DNA from: a bacterium
GTDB lineage: Bacteria > Zhuqueibacterota > Zhuqueibacteria > Oceanimicrobiales > Oceanimicrobiaceae
Reading direction: 5' to 3'
Assembly: GCA_046757025.1 (NCBI GenBank)
Contig: JBHHXN010000173.1
Span: 1 to 10,899, forward strand
Length of the DNA: 10,899 nucleotides
A program made the position numbers and the translations under genes. Position 1 is the first letter of the stretch. Each line of letters opens with the position of its first letter. The notes under the pieces are model-generated. The model was given only the letters and a program-made list of their open reading frames with translations, was not told the DNA's origin and searched no databases. Below, in pieces: positions 1 to 7,697 of this stretch.

Positions 1-788
1 GATTTTCAAACCGACGTCATCGAAGCCAGTCAAACCACGCCCATCGTGGTGGACTTCTGGGCGGAATGGTGCGCGCCCTGCCGGGTGCTGGGTCTTGTGC
101 TGGAAACATTAGCCGCAGCGGCAAATGGGGCCTGGCGCCTGGTGAAAGTCGATACCCAGCAAAACCAGCAAATCGCCATGGAGTATGGCATTCGAAGCAT
201 CCCGGCGGTGAAACTGTTCTACAAAGGAGAAGTGGCAGCGGAATTTGTCGGCGCATTGCCAGAATCGCAAATACTGCGCTGGCTGGAAGAGCACATGCCA
301 ACGAAATCGAAAAAGCTATTGGCGGAGGCTAAATCGTTTTTATCAAAAGGCGACACCAGCCGGGCGTAGGAACTGCTGAACCAGGCTATCGCCGAGGACA
401 AAAACAATCAGGAAGCAAAAGTGCTGCTGGCGGAAATTATTTTTGAAACCGACCCGGAGCGAGCCGGCTTGCTGGTGCAGAACATGCCGAAAGAACATCC
501 GCTGTTCAAAAGAGCGGAAGCAATTCAAAACCTCACCCCTCTCCTGTCGCAGCCGGCCCAAATCCCGCGCGAAGCACAGAAGGAAGATGAATCCAAAGAG
601 GCCTGGAACGGTTATTTAAAAGGAATCCAGGCACTGCGCGGTTACCGCTACGAAGACGCGCTGTCCATCGACAAAAGTATCGCCGAAGACGGGCCGAGAA
701 AAGCCTGTGTGGCGCTTTTCACTTTTCTGGGTAGTAATCATAAATTGATGAAAAATATCACCGCGCTGTTACTTCGGCGCTGTTTTAG
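1..788 (+). pseudogene. ybbN: Thioredoxin-domain + TPR co-chaperone (YbbN/CnoX-like), 5'-truncated by the window edge and disrupted
   Basis: Frame +1 from base 1 reads DFQTDVIEASQTTPIVVDFWAEWCAPC...YGIRSIPAVKLF (thioredoxin WCxxC). It continues in the same frame past TAG 367-369 (ELLNQAIAEDKNNQEAKVLLAE...) into a helical region with the YbbN-type ending EDGPRKACVALFTFLG. Adding one A to the A5 run at 751-755 restores the family-like end KKYHRAVTSALF* (TAG 786-788). Confidence 0.8.
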
Positions 789-870
789 TGAAGAGCGTCT
801 TCCTTTCATTTTCCAGCCAGAAACACCGTCCTGATTGACCTTTCACGTGTCATATCCCGCCACAAAGTAG

Positions 871-899
871 TTGATTTCCACGATTCATTTCACTATTAT
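871..899 (+). promoter_or_regulatory. Putative sigma70-type promoter for acnA
   Basis: TTGATT (871-876), 17-bp spacer, TATTAT (894-899), in the AT-rich intergenic region upstream of acnA. Confidence 0.45.
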
Positions 900-1034
900 T
901 GAAAGGCCGTTTTCTCTTAAAATCGACACAAAAAAATCGGTGTTGATAGGCAGAAAATGCAGGCTATTTTCTTTGAAATAAAATGATTAATTCATAAGGT
1001 TGTGACTTGTGATCTACAACAAAAGGAGTTACGA

Positions 1035-3722
1035 ATGAGCCATTCCCAGCAAATCAACAGTTTTAACAGTCGAACCACCATCGCAGTCGGTGCTCAATCC
1101 TACGAAATTTATCGCCTTGATGTATTAGAAAAAAGTGGGGTGGGTCAAATTTCTCACCTGCCTTTTTCCTTGAAAATATTGTTAGAAAATTTATTGCGAA
1201 AAGAAGACAACCGGTTTGTAAAAAAAGCCGACATCGAAGCGGTTGCCAACTGGGATCCCGCAAAAAAGTCAGAACAAGAAATCGCCTTCACCCCCGCGCG
1301 GGTGCTCATGCAAGATTTCACCGGTGTACCCGCCGTGGTGGATTTGGCCGCCATGCGCGAAGCCATTAAAAAACTCGGCGGCGATCCGCAAAAAATCAAT
1401 CCGCTGGTGCCGGCTGATTTAGTCGTCGACCACTCGATTCAGGTGGATAAGTTTGGCAGCGCCGACGCTGTGAAATTCAACACCGACAAAGAATACCAGC
1501 GCAATCGCGAGCGCTACACTTTTTTGCGTTGGGGGCAAAATGCCTTTCAGAATTTTAGAGTAGTACCACCTGAAACCGGCATCTGCCATCAGGTGAATTT
1601 GGAATATTTAGGCCAGGTGGTGTTCACGTCAAAAGAGGACGGAAAAACCGTGGCCTACCCGGACACACTGGTTGGAACCGATTCCCACACCACTATGATC
1701 AACGGTCTGGGCATCGTGGGCTGGGGCGTCGGCGGGATTGAAGCCGAAGCGGCCATGCTGGGCCAACCTATTTCCATGCTCATTCCAGATGTGATCGGAT
1801 TTAAATTTGTCGGCGAGCTTACCGAGGGCACCACCGCCACCGACCTGGTGCTCACGGTCACGCAAATGCTGCGTCAGAAAGGCGTGGTGGGTAAATTTGT
1901 GGAATATTTTGGACCGGGACTCAGTAGTCTGAGCTTGGCTGACCGGGCGACCATCTCTAACATGGCGCCGGAATACGGTGCCACCGTGGGTTTCTTCCCC
2001 GTGGACGCAGAAACCCTGAACTATCTCCGCCAATCCGGGCGTTCGGATGAATTGGCGAATTTAGTTGAAACCTACACCCGAGAGCAGGGCCTTTTCCGCA
2101 CCGACGACACGCCGGATCCGGTTTACACCGACACCCTGGAATTGGATTTGTCCACAGTGGAAGCCAGCATCGCCGGACCCAAAAGACCCCAGGATCGGAT
2201 ACCGCTTTCGCAATCTAAAAACGCTTTCAAGGAAGCGCTCACGAACCTCAAATTAAAAGACACGCGAGACAACATCAAAATTCAGCACGACGGCCATGAA
2301 ATAGAATTAAACAACGGCTCGGTGGTCATCGCGGCCATTACCAGTTGTACCAACACTTCCAATCCATCGGTGATGATCGGCGCCGGGCTGCTGGCGAAGA
2401 AGGCGGTGGAGCGCGGTTTGAAAACCAAACCGTGGGTTAAAACCAGTTTGGCGCCCGGTTCAAAAGTCGTGACGGATTATTTGCAAGCCGCTGGGTTATC
2501 TTCCTACCTGGAAGAATTGAAATTCAATTTGGTGGGATACGGCTGTACCTCTTGTATCGGCAACAGCGGCCCCTTACCGGAAGCCGTTGCCAGCGGCATC
2601 AAAGAAGGTAATCTGGTAGCGGTCGCGGTTTTGAGCGGCAACCGAAATTTTGAAGGCCGGGTGAATCCACACACCCGCGCCAACTACCTGGCCTCTCCGC
2701 CGCTGGTGGTGGCCTACGCCCTGGCCGGACGCATGGATATCGACTTTTACAACGAGCCGCTGGGATTCGACACCAACAACGATCCCGTGTTTTTAAAGGA
2801 CATCTGGCCCGACTTAAACGAAATTCAAAATGCGGTTACCGCCTCTGTAAAGAGAGAAATGTTCACAAAGGAATACGCGGAAGTATTCACCGGCGACGCC
2901 CGCTGGCAGACACTTGAGATTCCCGAAGGAGATCTTTACACCTGGGAGCCCAATTCTACCTATGTTAAAAATCCACCCTTCTTTGAAAATATGTCGCTTC
3001 AGCCAGAACCTTTGCAGGATATTCGCGGCGCGCGGGTTCTTGCTAAACTCGGAGACTCGGTGACCACCGATCACATTTCCCCCGCCGGCGCCATTCCCTT
3101 GGAAAGCCCGGCTGGCCAGTATTTGATCGCTCAGGGCGTGGACCCGAAAGATTTCAATTCGTTCGGTTCTCGCCGGGGTAACCACGAAGTCATGATGCGC
3201 GGCACCTTTGGCAACATTCGACTGCGCAATTTATTGGTGCCCGACATGGAAGGCAACTGGACTTTGCATTTACCCGAGAACAATCTTTCTTCCATTTACG
3301 GCGCGGCCATGCAATACAAAACAGAAGGCGTACCGCTGATCGTTTTAGCGGGCAAAGAATACGGCACCGGCTCGTCGCGAGACTGGGCCGCCAAAGGCAC
3401 CCGTCTCTTAGGAGTAGAAGCGGTTCTGGCAGAAAGTTTTGAGCGCATCCACCGCAGCAATTTGATCGGCATGGGGGTACTGCCGCTGCAGTTTAAAACC
3501 GGCCACAGTCATAAAACGCTTGGTTTGAGCGGTCTCGAAAAATATGACATCACCGGCATTGCGGATGATTTACAGCCCGGCAAAGAACTGCTGATCAAAG
3601 TGAAAGACGATGACGGGACCGAAAAATCGTTCCAGGTGCTAGCCCGAGTGGACACCCCCGAAGAGCTCAATTACTACAAACACGGCGGTATTTTACAATA
3701 TGTTTTGAGTCAGCTTGTGTAA
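1035..3722 (+). CDS. acnA: Aconitate hydratase A (AcnA/IRP1 family)
   Basis: Motifs [52 protein letters not shown] (three Fe-S cysteines), [35 protein letters not shown] at 1024-1028 favours ATG 1035 over GTG 1002. Confidence 0.97.
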   Translation: MSHSQQINSFNSRTTIAVGAQSYEIYRLDVLEKSGVGQISHLPFSLKILLENLLRKEDNRFVKKADIEAVANWDPAKKSEQEIAFTPARVLMQDFTGVPAVVDLAAMREAIKKLGGDPQKINPLVPADLVVDHSIQVDKFGSADAVKFNTDKEYQRNRERYTFLRWGQNAFQNFRVVPPETGICHQVNLEYLGQVVFTSKEDGKTVAYPDTLVGTDSHTTMINGLGIVGWGVGGIEAEAAMLGQPISMLIPDVIGFKFVGELTEGTTATDLVLTVTQMLRQKGVVGKFVEYFGPGLSSLSLADRATISNMAPEYGATVGFFPVDAETLNYLRQSGRSDELANLVETYTREQGLFRTDDTPDPVYTDTLELDLSTVEASIAGPKRPQDRIPLSQSKNAFKEALTNLKLKDTRDNIKIQHDGHEIELNNGSVVIAAITSCTNTSNPSVMIGAGLLAKKAVERGLKTKPWVKTSLAPGSKVVTDYLQAAGLSSYLEELKFNLVGYGCTSCIGNSGPLPEAVASGIKEGNLVAVAVLSGNRNFEGRVNPHTRANYLASPPLVVAYALAGRMDIDFYNEPLGFDTNNDPVFLKDIWPDLNEIQNAVTASVKREMFTKEYAEVFTGDARWQTLEIPEGDLYTWEPNSTYVKNPPFFENMSLQPEPLQDIRGARVLAKLGDSVTTDHISPAGAIPLESPAGQYLIAQGVDPKDFNSFGSRRGNHEVMMRGTFGNIRLRNLLVPDMEGNWTLHLPENNLSSIYGAAMQYKTEGVPLIVLAGKEYGTGSSRDWAAKGTRLLGVEAVLAESFERIHRSNLIGMGVLPLQFKTGHSHKTLGLSGLEKYDITGIADDLQPGKELLIKVKDDDGTEKSFQVLARVDTPEELNYYKHGGILQYVLSQLV

Positions 3723-3802
3723 TAAAGGATGGTTGGTGAATTGATTTAGCAGAAAATAATCCTGAGTTGATTTTTCAATTTCATACTGGTGCCATGCCAA
3801 TG

Positions 3803-3835
3803 ACAAATTACAAATTACAAATTACAAATTACAAA
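3803..3835 (+). repeat. Heptamer tandem repeat (ACAAATT)x4 plus partial copy
   Basis: acaaatt acaaatt acaaatt acaaatt acaaa, read directly in the acnA-DUF423 intergenic region. Confidence 0.9.
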
Positions 3836-3988
3836 AAATATTTTACTTAGACACATTTGCCAACTGATTTCAGAAAGTGACTTTTTCGCAACCTTGGATT
3901 AATTCTTTTTTCAACAATTGACCGAACAACATCAAACTTGTCACTGCAAGGATTCGGTCATGATCATGCTAATTTAATGAGGGAGGCT

Positions 3989-4357
3989 ATGGAAAGAATC
4001 TTTTTTTTCGCGGGCGCGGTTTCGGCATGTATCGCGGTGGCCGCCGGGGCGTTTGGAGCGCATGCTTTAAAATCCCGGCTTTCTTCCGAAATGTTCAACA
4101 TTTTTGAAGTGGGAGCGCGCTATCAGATGTATCATGCCCTGGCGCTGTTGGCGGTGGCCTGGGCTTGCAGTAAGTGGCCTGGCAGCCTGACGAACCTGAG
4201 CGGTTGGCTGTTCATCGCTGGCACGCTGGTATTTTCGGGAAGCCTGTATTTTCTGAGTTTAAGCGGTGTTCGCTGGCTGGGCGCGATTACGCCCCTCGGC
4301 GGAGCTGCTTTTTTAGCTGGCTGGGCTTGTCTGGCGCTGGCGGTTTTGAGGCAGTAA
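3989..4357 (+). CDS. DUF423 (YgdD/TMEM256) family small membrane protein
   Basis: GAFGAHAL, YQMYHALALL, FSGSLY and GAITPLGG motifs with four hydrophobic segments. GGAGG directly before ATG 3989. Confidence 0.92.
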   Translation: MERIFFFAGAVSACIAVAAGAFGAHALKSRLSSEMFNIFEVGARYQMYHALALLAVAWACSKWPGSLTNLSGWLFIAGTLVFSGSLYFLSLSGVRWLGAITPLGGAAFLAGWACLALAVLRQ

Positions 4358-4358
4358 T

Positions 4359-5132
4359 TTGGAAGAAAAAACTAAATCAAAAATAGAACTGGCCGACTCC
4401 ATCCTAGAGGTCGTAGAGCAGTTAGACCGCATCATCGAAAATGCTCGTTCGCATAACAGTCGCCTGGGTTTCTTTGCAGCGCTGTATCGCGAGGTAACCA
4501 TCCAGATTCAGGAAGGCATCGCCACCAATTTTTTTGAGGACGGCGAGCGCATGGAGCGTCTGGACGTGATTTTTGCCAATCGCTATTTACAAGCCCTGAG
4601 GGATTTTCAAAACGGCCAGCCACCAACCCGCAGCTGGCGGCTGGCGTTTGAAGCAGGGGCTTCCTGGAGACCCCTGATTCTGCAGCATTTGCTGCTGGGC
4701 ATCAACGCGCACATCAATCTCGATCTCGGCATCGCCGCTGCGCAAACCAGTCCCGGCGACGCGCTGGCCTCTCTGAAGTCGGATTTTTACAAGATCAACG
4801 ATATCCTGTCGGCACTGTTGGAGGTGGTTCAGGATAAGATCAGCGCCCTCTCCCCTGCTCTCAATTTGCTGGACAAAGTGGGCGGCCGCAGCGATGAAGC
4901 GATTATGAATTTTAGCATTCAAAAAGCCCGGGACGAAGCATGGAAGTTCGCACAGCAGCTGGCTCCGTTCAACGAGGAAGAACAGGAGACACACATCCAA
5001 CAAAAAGATGAGCGCATCGTTGCTCTGGGAAAAATCGTCCGCAGTCCAGTATGGGTGATCAATCTTTTTACTTTTATCATTCGAATTTTCGAGACCAGCA
5101 AAGTCAGCAAAATAATCAACGTGCTTTTTTAA
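4359..5132 (+). CDS. Conserved hypothetical protein, DUF5995-like
   Basis: 257-aa ORF (TTG start, 1 nt after the upstream stop) with LGFFAALYREVT, FEDGERMERLDVIFANRYL and QHLLLGINAHINLDL, recalled as DUF5995 family motifs. Confidence 0.8.
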   Translation: MEEKTKSKIELADSILEVVEQLDRIIENARSHNSRLGFFAALYREVTIQIQEGIATNFFEDGERMERLDVIFANRYLQALRDFQNGQPPTRSWRLAFEAGASWRPLILQHLLLGINAHINLDLGIAAAQTSPGDALASLKSDFYKINDILSALLEVVQDKISALSPALNLLDKVGGRSDEAIMNFSIQKARDEAWKFAQQLAPFNEEEQETHIQQKDERIVALGKIVRSPVWVINLFTFIIRIFETSKVSKIINVLF

Positions 5133-5182
5133 TTCTAAACGAAAACAGGCGTCCAAGCCTTCGAGATGATCAAGGAGTCCTC

Positions 5183-5626
5183 ATGAGTCCATATCTGGTA
5201 AAAATAAAAAAAATACGCGCGGATGCGCAGGTCCCGCACTACGCGCATTTTGGAGATAGCGGCGCCGACCTGTTTTCTGTGGAGGAAACGACGCTCGCCC
5301 CCATGCAACGCAAGGCTGTGGGCACCGGCCTGTGCGCCGAAGTGCCGCACGGTTTCGAGCTGCAAGTGCGGCCCAAAAGCGGTCTGGCCTTAAAATACGG
5401 TCTGACCGTGCTCAACACGCCCGGCACCATCGATTTCGGATACCGCGGGGAAATCAAAGTGATTTTGATCAACTTGAGCGACCAGCCCTACAAAATTGAA
5501 AAGAACCAAAAAATCGCCCAGTTAGTGGTGGCGTCTGTGGCCTACGCCGAATTTCAAGAAGTGACGGAGCTCACAGATACCAGCCGAGGAGAAGGCGGTT
5601 TTGGTTCGACAGGATTAAATAAGTAA
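5183..5626 (+). CDS. dut: dUTP diphosphatase (trimeric dUTPase)
   Basis: All five motifs present: SGADL, RPKSGLA, NTPGTIDFGYRGEI, KIAQLV, RGEGGFGSTG. AAGGAG at 5172-5177 before ATG 5183. Confidence 0.96.
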   Translation: MSPYLVKIKKIRADAQVPHYAHFGDSGADLFSVEETTLAPMQRKAVGTGLCAEVPHGFELQVRPKSGLALKYGLTVLNTPGTIDFGYRGEIKVILINLSDQPYKIEKNQKIAQLVVASVAYAEFQEVTELTDTSRGEGGFGSTGLNK

Positions 5627-5813
5627 GACGACGTACTACTAAATTAACTGAAACCAAAAACATGCAAGCTGTTTGCACTGCAAAAGTTTCAAACTATTTG
5701 ACTTTTAGTTTCTTGTTTTTAAATTAAAATTTATCAAAGCAAATCAAATAGCACACCACGTTTCCCCTGGCTGATGTTTGTGGCATCGAAGATGGATATC
5801 ATTATAATTTACA

Positions 5814-5897
5814 GCCTAACCTGTTAAAAGATAAATAAATAGTCGGATATCATGACAATTGGTATGATAGCCTGATCAGTAGATTTAGATGTTAATT
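5814..5897. other. Degenerate attC-like site / imperfect palindrome
   Basis: Bounded by GCCTAAC (5814-5820) and GTTAATT (5891-5897), with central imperfect dyad tcggatatcatgacaattggtatgatagcctga. L boxes are not clearly resolved. Confidence 0.3.
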
Positions 5898-6133
5898 CGT
5901 GGCGCCCCACGTCCGGCGCGTCGCTGGAGTAAAGCATAAAAAGTAGCACGAACCAACTAAGTTTTCAACCATAACATTTGCACATTAAATAAAGTTTTGC
6001 TAAATCAATAAATACTCAGGCGCTTTAAAATGTACGGCCTGTCTTGAGCCACGAATTAACGGATCGCGGGGTGCGTAATTCATGTAAGTTTCGACGTACA
6101 ATTTAATTTAACTCAAGTCCGTCTTGCACAACG

Positions 6134-6251
6134 AACTAACAAGCGGATGCACCCGTCACGGCAAATAACTTGTGCGCCTCTAACAAACTTAAAACTTTTA
6201 ATTACCACCCTGCAGCTTCGCCGTGCGGGCCATCCGCGCGATCCGTTATGT
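6134..6251 (+). mobile_element. Integron attC recombination site
   Basis: R'' AACTAAC (6134-6140). Left arm GCGGATGCACCCGTCACGGC (6143-6162) pairs with right arm GCCGTGCGGGCCATCCGC (6220-6237), leaving two unpaired bases on the left arm and one mismatch. AT-rich central loop, R' GTTATGT (6245-6251), 118 bp in total. Confidence 0.8.
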
Positions 6252-6302
6252 GGTAAGTATCCGAGGCAACATCCTGAGAATAGCAGCAAAAAATAGAGAG
6301 TC

Positions 6303-7649
6303 ATGGGACGACATCGAAAAATATCTTCATCGCAACGGGCGATGTTCAAATTCCTAAGGGAACATGAAACGAAGAAGAAAACCTTCTCAGCAAGTGAATT
6401 CGGAAAAGCCGCCGGGGTCCAACCAGACACAATCCGCACATATATTTCCAAGGGATATTTTTCTGAGTTCTTGATACCTATTGGAAAGGATGATCAATTC
6501 CAAGCGCAGGGAGTAGCCGAATTATCAGAGGGTGAGTTCCACCAGAGCATTACACAAACACAAAGTCTCAGAGAGCTAGGACATTTTTGTCGTTATCCCC
6601 TCTCCAAATCATTGTTACGCAAATCTCGTGATAACATGATACTTGCTCTTGAACTATACAATCGGCCGTCTCTCGAAAATAGACTGGATGCTTTTGTTGT
6701 GCTCTTTTGCATAGCATGGGAACAGTTATTAAAGGCACAAATAGTTGAAAAATATTCTGAGAACAAAATATTCCGTGCAGCTAAAACTGGTCAGTACCGT
6801 GAAACAATTAGTTTAATGGAATGCCTTGAGCTGCTTTATGAAAGTTCAGATTTCGTGCGCAAGAATGTAGAGCAAATCAAGTTTCTTCGGGATGAGGCAA
6901 CTCATCTCCTTATGCCGGAAGTTCAAGGTTTACTATCTCTGGTCTTTCAAGCTGGAGTCCTAAACTTTGCTGAAGCCTTCAAGAAAATAGCTCAAGTACC
7001 ATTTCTGCCGCAGTCATCTGTTGGACTACTCACACTCATTATGGAGCAGAGGAAACCAACAGTAGCAGCTCTTGAATCAACTTACGGAGAAAAAACAGCG
7101 CGCGAGATGCTTGATATGATTCAAACGCTTGAAAGCAACATCAGATCAGCCAATAATACACAGTTTGCCATATCAGTCGAATACAAACTGGTGTTTACGA
7201 AATCTAAAGACAAAGCAGACATAACTCTTGCCAAAGCTTCGGGTGCTACAAGTGATGCTGTTGTCATTGACAAACCCGTCGACTATCGCCGAACACATCC
7301 ATATTTCACATCTGATGTTGTAGAGCACATTCTCAAAAAATTGCGTCAACAGTTGCCAACCGAAGAACTCAAAAAACGTGAACGATTTAACCCGAAAGGA
7401 CAAGCGATTCTTTTCAATAAGCATGACTTCTTTTCTGTCGTCTTCAAGGAAGGATGGAAAAAATCCGACAAAAACGAGTACCACTACAGCGTTCCGATCA
7501 AATCTGGAAACCAACATGTTTATTCCATGAAGGCAATGGACTTCATTGTTGACAAGATAGTGCGAGACGCTCAATATCTGTACAGAGCAAGAGACTCTTA
7601 TTCGAGAGCACGAGCCAAAAGCAGAAAACGTTCAAAAGCGACCACATAG
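6303..7649 (+). CDS. DUF3644-domain protein (HEPN-like, RxxxxH motif) with putative N-terminal HTH; probable former integron cassette
   Basis: KSRDNMILALELYNRP...AFVVLFCIAWEQLLKA resembles DUF3644. LRDEATH gives R-x4-H. N-terminal FSASEFGKAAGVQPDTIRTYISK is HTH-like. Visibly AT-richer than the flanking genes and starts about 50 bp after attC. Confidence 0.75.
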   Translation: MGRHRKISSSQRAMFKFLREHETKKKTFSASEFGKAAGVQPDTIRTYISKGYFSEFLIPIGKDDQFQAQGVAELSEGEFHQSITQTQSLRELGHFCRYPLSKSLLRKSRDNMILALELYNRPSLENRLDAFVVLFCIAWEQLLKAQIVEKYSENKIFRAAKTGQYRETISLMECLELLYESSDFVRKNVEQIKFLRDEATHLLMPEVQGLLSLVFQAGVLNFAEAFKKIAQVPFLPQSSVGLLTLIMEQRKPTVAALESTYGEKTAREMLDMIQTLESNIRSANNTQFAISVEYKLVFTKSKDKADITLAKASGATSDAVVIDKPVDYRRTHPYFTSDVVEHILKKLRQQLPTEELKKRERFNPKGQAILFNKHDFFSVVFKEGWKKSDKNEYHYSVPIKSGNQHVYSMKAMDFIVDKIVRDAQYLYRARDSYSRARAKSRKRSKATT

Positions 7650-7697
7650 CATCATTGTTTGCAAAGATAAATCATCTCTTTAAAAAGAAAGTACTGA

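Noticed and set aside
367..369. Amber recoding (pyrrolysine or alternative code), suggested by in-frame TAGs at 367 and 10097
   Set aside because: TAG is the apparent true stop at 786-788 and 7647-7649. Both interrupted sequences have other lesions, and the long intact genes contain no internal TAG.
421..834. Independent 137-aa gene
   Set aside because: It is the in-frame continuation of the thioredoxin ORF after the premature TAG, and its tail comes from a frameshift.
1002..1034. Longest-ORF starts for acnA (1002), DUF423 (3938) and dut (5051)
   Set aside because: Downstream ATGs (1035, 3989, 5183) have clear Shine-Dalgarno sequences and match where family similarity begins. The 5051 start would also overlap the upstream gene.
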